Shown: positions 48,291-59,927 of the stretch, piece after piece | Layout of the letters: the number at the start of each line of letters is the position of its first letter | Numbering within the stretch: position 1 is the stretch's first letter | NCBI GenBank assembly: GCA_013265495.1 | Contig: MU057781.1 | Location: forward strand, 870,001-934,000 | DNA: 64,000 nt | Source of the DNA: Vicugna vicugna | Lineage: Eukaryota | Reading direction: 5' to 3' | Notes under the pieces: generated by a model | Told to the model about the DNA's origin: nothing | The model's input: only the letters and a program-made list of their open reading frames with translations | The model's database searches: none | Program-made: the position numbers and the translations under genes

Positions 48291-51200
48291 TAGCCAGGAC
48301 CACATCTTTTGTAGGAACGTCCCAAAGCTTCCTAGCCCCTCGGAGGGGCCCCCTTGCCTGCAGACATGCCTGAAAGGGGAGAGCGGTAGGTCTCCTTGTC
48401 AGCCCACAAGAGCCAGGCTGCCCATGGGAAGCCCCCGTGTCCCCTCCACCCCCAGGGCTCACCTTCCTGAGGGCGGTGTCCCGGGACGGCTCTGCCTTCC
48501 TGTCCACAGGAAAGTGGACAGGACCCCTCTGGGGTGCGGAGGGGAGCCTGGCAGAGTTCTCTGGTGCCTCTCAGGCCATACAACATCCTGGAAGAGGGCC
48601 CCTGGGCTCTGCAGGTACAGGTGACTCGTGAGCTGGCCCCTTCTGGGCAACGGTGAGCCCCTGTCCCTAGCCAGGCTGGTCACAAGTAGCACCTCGATGC
48701 TGACGAGACTCTCCAGGCCTGGAAGCAGGTGACGCCCAAAGCCTGGTTTAGAGCAAGTGGAAGGGCCAGCAGGGGACATGGGGACACCTGTGAGGGTCAG
48801 TCTGGGCCTGATCGGGTGCCTCATGCCACCAGCCACGCAGGGCTGAGCGTCCCACCAGGGTGGCAGAGTGTCTGCAGGCTGGTGGCTCGCAAGGTCCTGG
48901 GGTCCTTGTCCTCCTGTCTGCCCTGGGGACCAAACACCCCACAGCAGGAGGCAGGAGGCAGCGGCCCTGTCTTTGCCAGGAGGCTCCTCCGCCCCTCCCC
49001 GTCAGCCCACTTCCCCTTCCTCCCCTACCCACTCCGTGGCCGTGGGGCTGACCACACCAAGGTCCTTCCAGGTCATTCTCTGAGTCTCATTTCCCTGAGC
49101 GTGGCTGCACGGCGGTGGTGCTGGGAGCTGCCGGCCGTCTCTCCCTGCTCCATCCCAGTGCTGTGCCCCTGGCTTCCGTAATCCACCCGGCTGCAGGAAC
49201 CAGCTGTCCCAGGACCCCACTGGTGGGCAGAGAGCCTGGGTCTGTGGAAAGGAGAGAGAGGCTGTGCTGACCAGGAGCTGAGAGGGTCCCTCCCATGACT
49301 CAGCTGGGGGTATGTTGTGGGGGCTTGGGGCTGGGGAGCGGCACCCCAGGAACCAGGACATCAGAATGTCGCAGGCAAGCCCCACGCAGAAGGCAGTGCG
49401 GTGCAAGCCTAGGTCCCAGTGGGGAGGGGGTGGCCCTGCTGGCTGGAGGGAGTGGGACCCCTTCAGAGCCAGCCTGGCCTCGGAGCAGCTTCCTGCCAGG
49501 TGAGCAGGAAAGCTGAGGAAAGGCTCTGAGCTCCTGCCCCAGGTGGAGTGGGGCTGCTGGGAGCTGAGGCCCCTGGGCTGGGCTGTCCACAGCCTGTGCC
49601 ATGCCACACAAACTCCGTTTGTCTTCCTGGTAGAAGGGTCTGCAGGGAAGTGGACGGATGGAAACGAAGTTTACGCCTCTGTTGCTGCATATGGGCCAGT
49701 GTGCGTCTGCCCTTAGAGAATCCATCGGGGACCTGCTGACCAGGCGACCCCCTGGGATGGGACGGGAGAGCCATCCCCAGCCTGGCCACCTGCCCCTGCA
49801 GAGCCAGACGGTGTGGGCACAAGCCTGGGAGATGTGGCATCCCCTCTCTGCCCAATCGGAGTGGCTGGAGAGTGGCTCAAGGAGCTCGGGGGTGGGGGCA
49901 ACGGTGATGCTCATTCTGGCCACCCCACCCTTCCCCTCGCTCTGGCCCAGAGGCTGAGCCCGGACTTGCTTGCCGACCTCTGCTTGGGTCCAGTGCATGG
50001 GAGGACCAGGGAGAGAACGGCCGGGGTATTTCTCCCTGCCCTGGGCTGTGTGGTTGTGGCCCTGCAGGCAGTCCCTGGGCTCTGTCTGTCCATCCCCTCC
50101 TCTCTCCCTGCAGGACCGGTCATCTTCTGAGCCCCTTCACCCACCCGTGCCCGGGGGATGTTTCAGGGACCTGAGCTGACACCCCAGCCGTGCCTTCTCT
50201 GTGCTGACACGAACGGGGCTCATCCAACGAGCAGGTCCCCTCCCTCGCCTCCGATGCTGCCCTCCTGGAGGCATCATTTCTGGTCGTATGAGTATTTCAT
50301 GACCCACTTCACGAACACCGGCCCTTTGCTTCTGGACAGAAAGAGCTGCCGGCTCCTCATTTGGCTGCCCTGCCCTCCTTCTGTCCTGGTTTTGGTCGTG
50401 ACAGGGATGTCACAGTCAGACTGTTACACAGCCCAGTGGTTGAGGACTTTGTCCCCGTGCCCCCAACATGTGCAAGGGGCCCCAGGGTGTGGAGGTGTCA
50501 CAACAGAGAGCATCGCTCAGGCAGGGAGCCCTCTCAGGAGGGTGGACGAGGGTGGACGTGGCTGGCCGTGGCAGGCACCTTGGTTCAGGTGCTGATGTGT
50601 GGATGTGAGTGGCTGGGGGTGACAGCAGAACCCAGGTCAGGCTGGCTTGAGACGCCTGGGGGCTCCAGGCAGGGCTCGCGACATCAGTAGGCTCCCTCGG
50701 TCTCGGTCTCTCTCTGTGCCTGAGGCTCCAGGCTTGTCTGTCTGTCCGTCGGTACCTGCTCTGCTGTGCTTGCAGACGGCTTCCTCTGCATTGTGGGGCT
50801 GAGGGGGCTTAAGCCTGTCTTGTCCGCCAGCCCGGGAGGTGAAGTCCCTGGGCCTGCCCAGCCCAGGCCAGTCTGTGGCACCAGCAGAGCCAGGGAGGGT
50901 GCCCGAGACTGGCTGGGCTTGAGGGAAGGCTTGGAGGCAGTTGGCCTCCCTCCTGCAGGCAGAGAGCAGGCGGGGGCCCCTGGGGGAGCCCAGCAGACAG
51001 TGGAGGTGGGGTCCTGCCCTGGGTGTCCCCTGGGAAGGCCTGCTGTGCAGAAGTCAGCCAGGAAAGGGAGGTGGGCGTCCCAGACCTGGCCTGGGGAGCC
51101 CAGTGGACTCTGCTGGATGAAGGACAGATGGGTCAGGAGGCTGGGCCCTGTGCTCTCTCCCCAGGTCCAGCCGGAGCGAGCCTGTGAGTCGAAGTCCTAG

Positions 51201-53159
51201 GATGGCAAGCGTCAGGCGCTACCTCTCTCCTCAGCGCCCTTGATGAGCTGGGGTTGATCCCAGGAACCATCATCAGCGCTCTGTGGCTTGAATGAAGAAC
51301 TGGGTCCAAAAGCCCTGGCACAGAAACCGCGGTTCACCTGGACCAGGATCGTGGCGCTCTCTAAACTGTGCGTGTGCTTAGAAATGTAGTCAGCTGCCTG
51401 CTCTTGCTGGTTCAGGCTCTGAGCTCTGGGAAGACCCCTGTCCACCCAAACCAGCCCTGCTCTTTGCTCCCCGAGCTGCCCCAGGCAAGTCTGTGTCCCC
51501 TCTGGGAGCGCCTGCCCCCACCATCACCCCCGTGTGGCCTCCCCCAGGCCTTGCCCAGGCACTGCTGGCTTCAGTGTCCGGATGAAGGAAGGAGGGGTCC
51601 GGGAGCTGGACCCCGCCCTGCACCAAAGTTGGGGAGGGGAGGAGCCCTTCTCCTTGGGTCAAGCACCACAGTGCCAGAGGGGCCCACGGGAGGAGCTGGC
51701 CCGGAGTCCTGTGGGGGTTGGGACATGGTTCTCTGTCCCCCCACCTCCCCAGTCCCGGATTTCAGGGGCTCCTGCTGGGTTTGTTTCCTGGGCTTTGGCT
51801 GGAAACGGTGGAATCTGCAGTTTTAAGCAGGCTTTTAGTTTTGAATGAATCTTAATTAGCACGACTGTTCCACTCATTGATCCTGGACTCATTTTAAAGG
51901 TTGAGAGGTGAGGGTACCAGCTGCCGAGTGGGTAATTGTACCGTCTGCAATTCAGTTGCTAGATTTGGGGCATTTTACTCTTGCCAGCCCGGGTGAGCCC
52001 TGGCAAAAGCAGCAGGCGACCAGAGCAAAGCGACAAGAGACGGCGGCGCAGGAGAGGCCGAGCACCCCCCTAGGCCAGCGGCACCTGTCATGAAGGCCTC
52101 TCACCACAGAATTACTTGAAATGCGTTATTACTCAAGGCACAGCATTTAAAAATGGATGATGGGGCATGTTGTAAACCAAATATTGTGTTGGACTCATTT
52201 CAAATAGTAAACAGTTTAATTAAATGTATTTGTGGTTTGGAAACAAACATGTCGTGCCTTTTCCCATTCTGGGGTGTATCTTACTTCAGCTTTAAATAGC
52301 ATTAAAGCCGTCATTTCAGATTGGCTAATGTGCCTGCCTGCTTGAAAAGCCCAAGAGAATGTCTACTAAATAGTCAAAGAGAGAAAGCCAGAAGCCATGG
52401 TTTTAAAACTTCAAATATATGCTTAGATGAGCAGCACATCTTTCTCAAGACCACAGCAGTCTGACTGTGTGACTGAAGACGGCTGCACTCCTGATGACAG
52501 CACAAGAGACGGGAACGCCCGGGGTGCATCTACGAAGCACATGTGATGTTAAAACTAAAAGAAGGAAATTGAGCTGAAGGCTACACAAGCATCCTCGCGT
52601 TAATAGAAAGGCTTGCATTCGATGTCAACATGCTTTACCTTTACGATTAAGAGGAAAGTAAAAAACTTACAGATAAAAGAATGCCTTGTGTCATATCAGA
52701 ACCCTCTTCGTATTACTGATGGCATAGTTCTGTTTAATAGAGGAATTGAAAAACAAAAACACAAATAAGGAAATGAAATACTTGGGTTTTACTAACTTTT
52801 CTTATTAGACTTGAATTGTTCTGAGATATGAAATGGTGAACTTGAGTAGCTAGTGGAACGAGTGAGGAGGTAGTCCTGTCTTAATTATAATTATACTCAA
52901 GACAGTCCTGTTTTTAGCAGTAAGCTGTTTCAGTAGGGTGTTTCTGCCTAGAAGTAAGTAAATACTTTAAATAGAAGAAGATTGGAAGACACATGGCCTT
53001 TGCAACAGAGGTGAGGCTGGTTTCTGGGATTACCCTAGAGGGACCGCCCGCACCAGGGAGGACGCGGGCGTGATCTTCAGTCACAAGGAGATGGGGCTTT
53101 GAGTAGCGACTTAATAGCTGTCCTCAAACGTGTGGGGTCATGGTGGCCAACCCTTTGTT

Positions 53160-53252
53160 TTTCCTTCCTTCCTTCCATCCTTCTGTCCTTCCTTCCTCCC
53201 TTTCTTTTCTTCCTTCCATCCTTCCTGCCTCCCTTTCTTTCCTTCCTTCCAT
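53160..53252. repeat. (CCTT)n-like polypyrimidine simple repeat
   Basis: Seen directly. Confidence 0.9.
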
Positions 53253-55089
53253 CTCTCCCCACTCCTTGCAAGTGATACTCCACCACCCTTCCTTCCAGAA
53301 GCAAACCCCCGAGTGAAGAGTCTCAGGGAGGCAGCACAACCTCCGTGCCTACTTCCCCCTCCACCCCGAGCTGCTGCTGAAACTGCTGTCAGCTGACTGA
53401 GATGTGACAACCGACCGCCAGAACTAACGTCTGGGACTCGGTCCAGCGCCACCCGGCTTTTTCCTGCACTGGCAGATACTGACCACAGCTGGCCATGGAC
53501 GGCAACATAGCTACAGTTTCTGCCATTTTCCTTACAAACAGAGGAAATAATACAGCAGACAGTAAGTTATTTATGAAGGTCTCCCAAAGCGAAGATGTAG
53601 TTGGTTGGCAAAAAAACAAATTGTTGAGAAGTTCACTTTAATAGACAGAAACACGTAGTGCACTTAAGTGGTGAGATTTAACTTTGAACAGGCCGCTGTC
53701 AGTGTCGGCGCTGAATAGGAAGCGTCTTCTCAGGAACCCGTTTCCACCTAGTGAGATCCTCTGCATGTCCTCCCGCCCGTCCCCCCACCCACCCACTCCC
53801 ACTCCGGGCCGGGCGAGTCTCCTTTCTGCTCTCTATACGCCGACCCGACGGAGAAAGCCAGCCGCACCCCCAGCCCTAGCTAGACGCCCGAGGGGAGGGA
53901 GGAGGCAAAGGTCACGAAACACCCTTGATGAAGGGCTTACACACACGTGCGGGGGCTTCACCTTTAAAACAAAGTTAGGCTTTTTTAAGTTCTTCCGAAC
54001 ATTCCAAGGAGGGACAGTGGACGTGAGTCTTTAGAAAGCTGACTCCATAAATACAAAGTTGCGAAACAGCAAGCACAGCCGAGCTGAAAACTGGAGGCTG
54101 TGGATTTGATGTGAGCAATGCTGGTTACTGGAGCGAGAGTTGGCACGTCTTCAAAACAGGACGAACTGGAGGAGTAAGAGCCGCGCTCTCCGCTTACGCC
54201 CAGAGGGAGCTGACTCCGGCCGCGCTCCGGCAGCTGTAGGAGAGCACTGCCCACTCAGTGACAGCTTTTCCTCGTGTCATCTTCCTGACTTTGGTTTAGT
54301 TATCCTCTGGGAGTCAGTGATTCTGGAACCAATGTGTCTTTTTGGCTACAAAGGGTTAACCCTTGGCTGGTGGGCCCCTTAGCGGACTGGCGTGACCCAG
54401 GGAGCCGGCCTAGACAGCTCCACGCGTACGCGTACGCGGGCACTTGCCTGCCCCAACAGCAGTCCCTACCGCCAACGTTTCTGCCTGCGTAATTTTATGG
54501 AAATCATTTGGCCCTGTGAACAGTGTGCTTCTGCCAAAGGAAAGGAGCTAACTGCCTCCCCAAGACAGCAGGCCTCCTGCTCCCAGACGCATCTGATTGG
54601 AAAGGTAACTAAGACTCTGCGTGAGAAACCAAAACGCACTCCTTAATTTCCTCCAAAGTCCAGGGGGATGAAAACAGCACTGACAGCTCCCCCCCGAGTA
54701 GGGCGCCAGTGGGGTCGGGATGGGTCAGCGCTTTCAGGGCGAGGGGTCCAGATCGGAAGGCCCAGGCTGCACAGGTCCACCTCTGACCTTAGGAGGATTT
54801 GGGGAACAATTATGGCGCTATTAGGATTAGGAGCGAACCAGATAGAGGAGTCACCGTGGGCCTGGGAAAGCAGGGCAGGAGTCCCGCTGACGGCGGAGCG
54901 TCCGGCCCATGGACGAGGGCTCTCTGTCCGACAGCTACGTGTTCTCACTGTCGAGGTTCTGAATTGCCATGGGAGCCCCAGTCTCCGGGTTAGTGAGTCA
55001 CCTCCATTTGCTGGAGCGTGGTGAGCTCCTGCTGTGGACACCGCTCCGGGCCTGGGAGAGATGCTCAGCGCGCCCGGGCCTCTCAGCTT

Positions 55090-55830
55090 GTGTCCCATGA
55101 CCTCGTTAGAGTCACTTATTTCGTGACATTTTTTGTAGATTGCTAAGGATTTTCTATGTAGATGATCAGCCTGCCTGAAACCAAAGGCAGTTTCACTTCT
55201 TCGTCTCCAACCTGTGTGCCTTCTATTTCTTTTTCTTACTGTATTGCATCGGCAGATCTTCAGTTCACGTGAGTGTTGCATCAGCAGATCTTCAGTTCTG
55301 TGAAGGTGGGAGTGGGCACCCTTGCCTTGTTCCGGAGCTCAGTTGAGTCTGTCAGCAGGAAGCACACGTTAGCTGTGAATTTTTCAGATGTCATTTTCTC
55401 AAATTTAGTAAGTTTCCTTGATCTTTAGTCTGTCGGGAGTGTTTAATCACAAAAAGGAGGTTAAATTTTGTCAAATACCTTTTCTAAATTTGATGACCTG
55501 ATCGTGCAAAATTGGAAACAACCTAAACTTGCAATGCGAGGGCATCCCCAGTCAGGTGAATCCCAAAGTGCTCACTTCGGGAGAGTGTTCGGTCCTGCCA
55601 GAGCCACTCACGTCACGGTGCTGGGCTTGAGGGAGGGGTCAGCACGACCAGTGCTGGGTATGCGGCCAAGTGCGAACACCCCTGGCAGAAATGCCACCAA
55701 GACGCCAACAGTGCCGGGCGATCTGCAGAGAAACCCTGAGCGGTTGCACCTCCTCCTCACACTCTGTCCACAGCTCTCCTTTTTTCAAACATTTTGTGAG
55801 GAGCATGTGACTTGCATGAGGAAATTTCCA
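55090..55830. mobile_element. Old L1 fragments (antisense ORF2 piece, then sense 3' piece)
   Basis: TTTTGTAGATTGCTAAGGATTTTCTATGTAGATGATC, GGGCACCCTTGCCTTGTTCC, TTTTGTCAAATACCTTTTCT; then GCAAAATTGGAAACAACCTAAA. Confidence 0.75.
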
Positions 55831-55864
55831 GTAAGCTGGCACAAGGCCACCTAAACCAGTGACC

Positions 55865-56005
55865 GGCACGTGTTTCCCGCCTGCTCTCCTGTGGGAATCT
55901 CAGCCTCCGGCGACATTACCACCTTTCCGTGGTGTCTGGAGTGGCGCACAGCGCAGAGCAGGTGTGCAATAAAAACCGGCTGGAGGAATAATGAATAAGT
56001 GAAGA
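55865..56005 (+). mobile_element. LINE-2 3' end
   Basis: GGCGCACAGCGCAGAGCAGGTGTGCAATAAAAACCGGCTGGAGGAATAATGAATAAGTGAA. Confidence 0.55.
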
Positions 56006-56089
56006 GATGGCTGGGTGCAGGTGAAGGCCACGCCATGCTGCCGGGGACCGGCACCTGTGCTAACCAGTGTGTGAAGGTGGCCAGCGCTT

Positions 56090-56232
56090 TAGTCTCAAAG
56101 CCTCGGTCTCCTTACCCGTAAAACAGAGATACATACCTCGTAAGCCTGCTGTGAGGACTAGAAACAAGGATTGTAAGGCACCTCACACAGAACTAGCGCC
56201 TGCCGAGGGACAGCAACCGTTAAACTGATTAA
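56090..56232 (+). mobile_element. MIR fragment
   Basis: AGCCTCGGTCTCCTTACCCGTAAAACAGAGATA...GCTGTGAGGACTAGA...GTAAGGCACCTCACACAG. Confidence 0.7.
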
Positions 56233-56553
56233 TGAGGAAGGTATCCAGATAATTCAGAGGAAAGGAGCCCTCCCTTCCCGGATGAATTTGAGGTCAGCTA
56301 ATAAAATGCCCACTAACTGACTCACGGCAGGAACACCTCTGCCTGAAGCGACCGAGTCCAGACCCTCAAAAAGAGGACAGAGCCCTGAATTCCTTTCATT
56401 CTGCATCCAACCAGGCTGTCTGCTTACAGAAAATTATCTTGAGTCAGTCAGTTAACCCAGTGTTATATATAATGGAATTAGGTTGACCCACATGGCAGGG
56501 GTATTGAAGACTGATTATTAAATGATTGAAACACATTTTGTAACTACAAAGTG

Positions 56554-56642
56554 CCATCTATCCATACATCCATCCACCTACCTACCTACCTACCTACCCA
56601 TCCATCCATCCATCCATCCAACTCTCCCTCCATCAATCTATC
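56554..56642. repeat. Compound (CCTA)n/(CATC)n tetranucleotide microsatellite
   Basis: Seen directly. Confidence 0.9.
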
Positions 56643-58299
56643 TGCTGAAGGGTAGTTTTTAAGCTTGTGGGCAAGGAATCCCAGCTGTCAACCTCTCAAC
56701 CATCTGGTAATCTGAGTTCAGATGTAAATCGGTTACTACCTCAAACTAAGTACCGATGTGATACGTAGTGGCCAACGCGCTGCCCTTTTTGAAAAAGCTT
56801 GCAGCACATTGTTGTTTAACCAGAGAGTTAGGTCAGTCTCCCTCCCGGGAGCCCAGAGAGTGACTGGCTAAGTGGGCTGGTTTGGACAAAGTGGGCTGGC
56901 TCCTCCGAGGAATCCACGTCACAGCTCTGGCTGCCCCCACTCCCCTCCTCTGCCCATGAATGCTGAGGGGCTGCATCCAGATGCCAGGTGGGCCAGGCCT
57001 CTCCTGAAGCCAGGTAAGTGGGCTTTGAGAACTTTCCCCTTCCCCTTCTTTTGGCAAAGGTAACAGACATGGAGCGACATTCCAAAGGCAAAGAGCAAGA
57101 GTATCAAGCAGAAGCGGTTCTGTGAAAGTGGTTCTAACCCGGGTGACGTCAGTGTTCAATGTCTCCCTGAAAGTTGGGCAGCCCTGGCCCTGGGCGTGGT
57201 GATGGCTCTGGGGTGTCATTGACTCACGTGACACACGTTTACAGAGTGTTTCTCTGTGACAGGCTATACCCGTGTGGCGGGGGAGGGGAGGCAGTCAACA
57301 GGCAGAGGGGAATGAGAGCCTGGTTTCTGGGTGAGATGGGTGATGTTGGGGGCACAAGGGGTGTGGTGGGTGGGTTGGAGGGGATCTGACAGAGGAAGGG
57401 GCATGTGAGAAGCCTGACAAGTCAGAGGAAGCCAATCAAGTCACCTCTGGGGCACAGAGACAAACACAGCTGCCATGGCCCTGACTCAGCCATGGGCCGA
57501 TGAGCTACTACGTGGGCCTGTGGACTGTGAGCCTCGGAGGAGGGGTGAAGCAGGGATCTGCTGCCGTCTGCGGGGTTGGAGATGCTCTTCCCAGGGTGAC
57601 AGCCGGGCACAGGGCAGAGTCAGGAGATGGTGGTGACCTCCTGACGGCGGTGAGGATGGCCCCAGTAGACTGTGGGCACAAGAAGCCTGGTTTGAGGGCC
57701 TGAAAGAGAGGGGCCCATTGGCCCTGGGAGCAAAGACTGGTGGACTTTAGGGAGCGGGTTGGCAGCGAAGGGAGTGGAGAGTTGGAAGAACGAGGGAGCT
57801 GCAGAGCTGAGGGTGTGACCCAGCAGGGGTGGCCGCGTGGAGTCTCAGAAGCTGGTGGGCCTGCTAACTCAGTGGGAGGCTCTGGAACTGCGAATCCTCC
57901 CTTGGCGAAGGGTAAGGGCGTCTGCTGGGTAGGGACCTGTTGGTGGCTTGGAGAGAGATGGCGGAGGAGTGAAGTGACATCTTGGAGCCATGAGGGCTCC
58001 ACGTTGAGAAGCCCAGAGGTCTGGTGCTCCTCTGAGGGGCGCCGGGGGCAGGGGCTGGGGGCTCTCTGGCTTAGTTTTCTGTAATTCAGGTGCAGCCTCA
58101 GAACGAGTGAGTTTGTATGTGTGTGAGCACCTGTGTGCAGGTGTGCATGGGCATTCCTGGGCCACTGTGGGCAGGAGAGGGGAGGAGGAAACAGCAATAC
58201 CACCTCTTAGGAAACAGGTTCCAGGCCTCAGAGACGTCCCCATGTTTGGCTCCTGCTAAGGGCATCTGCGGCACGTGCTGCTTTTGCAAAGAAGTTAAA

Positions 58300-58690
58300 T
58301 GGGATATGCTCCTGCTGCTGAACCAGAATACACAGAGCCGGCAGCCTCAGCAGCAGCTCTGGAGGCCGGAAGCCAGGGGTGCAGCTCTGCTTAGGGCGAG
58401 AGCTCTCTTCCTGGTCTGTGGACGGCCAGCCACCTTCTTGCTGTGTGTTCACATGACCTCTTCCTTGTCTTCTGTTCAGGGTGGGAGGCTGTGGGGACAG
58501 CAGGTGCCCCAGGGTGTCTCCTTATAAGGACACTAATGCTGTTGGAAAAGGGCCCCACCCTCATGACCTCATTTAACCTTCATTAACTTCCTTAGAGGCC
58601 CCATCCCCACATACAGCCACAGGGGGTGGGGGGGAGGGGTGGTGTTGGGCTTCAACCCATGAATTTTGGGGGACACATTCAGTCCACAGC
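58300..58690 (-). mobile_element. MaLR solo LTR (MLT1A/B/C-type), ~1.2 kb upstream of the INPP5A ATG
   Basis: CTTATAAGGACACTAAT...GGGCCCCACCCTCATGACCTCATTTAACCTT...GGCTTCAACCCATGAATTTTGGGGGACACATTCAGTCCACAGC. Confidence 0.88.
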
Positions 58691-59354
58691 CGATAGTTGC
58701 TGAATGACAGGACAGTGGTTTTCAGTGAAGCAGGGTCTGGTTGTCAGGCTAAGGGGTCGCTGCAGGCAGGGTCCTGATGGGTCACCAGGCGGAAGTGATG
58801 CCTTCTTTCCCTGCAGGGCCCGCAGCCCGCGGAGCCTGCGCCTGCCCGCACCGCCCTGGTAGGCGGTGCCTGTCACCTGCCCTAAGGGAGCAGCGCGCAC
58901 GTCTCTTGTGCGATCCAGAGCGCAGGTAGGGCCCGTTCTCCGTGGACACTGTCCCCCCCCCAGGGCAGCGGACAGGTGGCCTGCGCGCGTGGGCAAGAGG
59001 ATCTCGGCCACGGGGTCACCGCCACCTGCCGCTACCTGATGGATAGAATCTAGTGCCAGCGTTAGTGTTGGCGGCTATTTGTCACCTTTCACTGCACAGT
59101 CCGGACGCCTACCGCCACCAGTGTGGCCGTTTCATTACTGCAGACCGCCTGGCGCGGGTGGGCTGGAGCGCTCTCCGGTCTGGCGGCTCGGCCTCGCGGC
59201 CTTACCCTCTGCAGGTCCAGCGCAGTCCTCACAGGATCACGCGCTCCCACCACAGAGGCTCAAGGAGGCGCGCCCCGTCGGAGCCTCGAGCAGCTCGCGG
59301 CCCCTTTAAGACGCGCCTTCGGAGCAGGGCCGTGACGTCACAGGGGTTCGGGGG

Positions 59355-59529
59355 NNNNNNNNNNNNNNNNNNNNNNNNNNNNNNNNNNNNNNNNNNNNNN
59401 NNNNNNNNNNNNNNNNNNNNNNNNNNNNNNNNNNNNNNNNNNNNNNNNNNNNNNNNNNNNNNNNNNNNNNNNNNNNNNNNNNNNNNNNNNNNNNNNNNNN
59501 NNNNNNNNNNNNNNNNNNNNNNNNNNNNN
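59355..59529. other. Assembly gap (175 N) inside the INPP5A promoter
   Basis: Run of N. Confidence 1.
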
Positions 59530-59569
59530 CGTCCCCGCTCGCCCCGCCCCCGGCCCGGGCGGGCCTCGC

Positions 59570-59839
59570 CTCAGCGATCGGCGGCGGCGGCGCTGCGGGA
59601 GCTCCGGCGGCCGCGATCCTAATGGCTGCGCGCGGGCCGCGGTGAGCGCGGGCGGAGAGCGACGGGCGCGGGGCCGCGGAGCAGCGAGAGCGAGCGCGGC
59701 CGGACCCCGGCCAGGCCCGGCCCGACCCGCCGAGCCCGCGATGCGCCCCGGGGCCACCCCCCGGCGCAGCTGACGCCGCGGCCCTCGGAGACCCCGGCCG
59801 GCCGGCTCCCAGCGAGCGGCCGCCCCGGCCCAGGCCGCG
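59570..59839 (+). other. INPP5A: Probable 5'UTR part of INPP5A exon 1 (TSS position uncertain), containing two uORFs
   Basis: Extremely GC-rich leader contiguous with the ATG; upstream ATGs at 59622 and 59741. Confidence 0.6.
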
Positions 59840-59914
59840 ATGGCGGGGAAGGCGTCCGCCTCGGGCACCGCTGTGCTGCTGGTCACGGCCAACGTGGGCT
59901 CGCTCTTCGACGAC
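59840..59914 (+). CDS. INPP5A: Type I inositol-1,4,5-trisphosphate 5-phosphatase, first coding exon (partial CDS; gene continues beyond the window)
   Basis: Translates to MAGKASASGTAVLLVTANVGSLFDD, matching the INPP5A N-terminus (human MAGKAAAPGTAVLLVTANVGSLFDD, recalled). Strong Kozak context GCCGCGATGG. Canonical phase-0 donor GTAAGT at 59915-59920. Too short to appear in the ORF track. Confidence 0.96.
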
Positions 59915-59927
59915 GTAAGTGTGGCAT

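Noticed and set aside
1..58000. Hundreds of ORFs in the six-frame track, including long ones (5300-6199, 8569-9624, 43951-45174, 43995-44810)
   Set aside because: Pro/Gly/Ala/Arg-rich translations overlap in all frames with no recognisable domains, as expected from stop-codon scarcity in GC-rich DNA. The only recognisable ones are decayed L1 ORF2 pieces.
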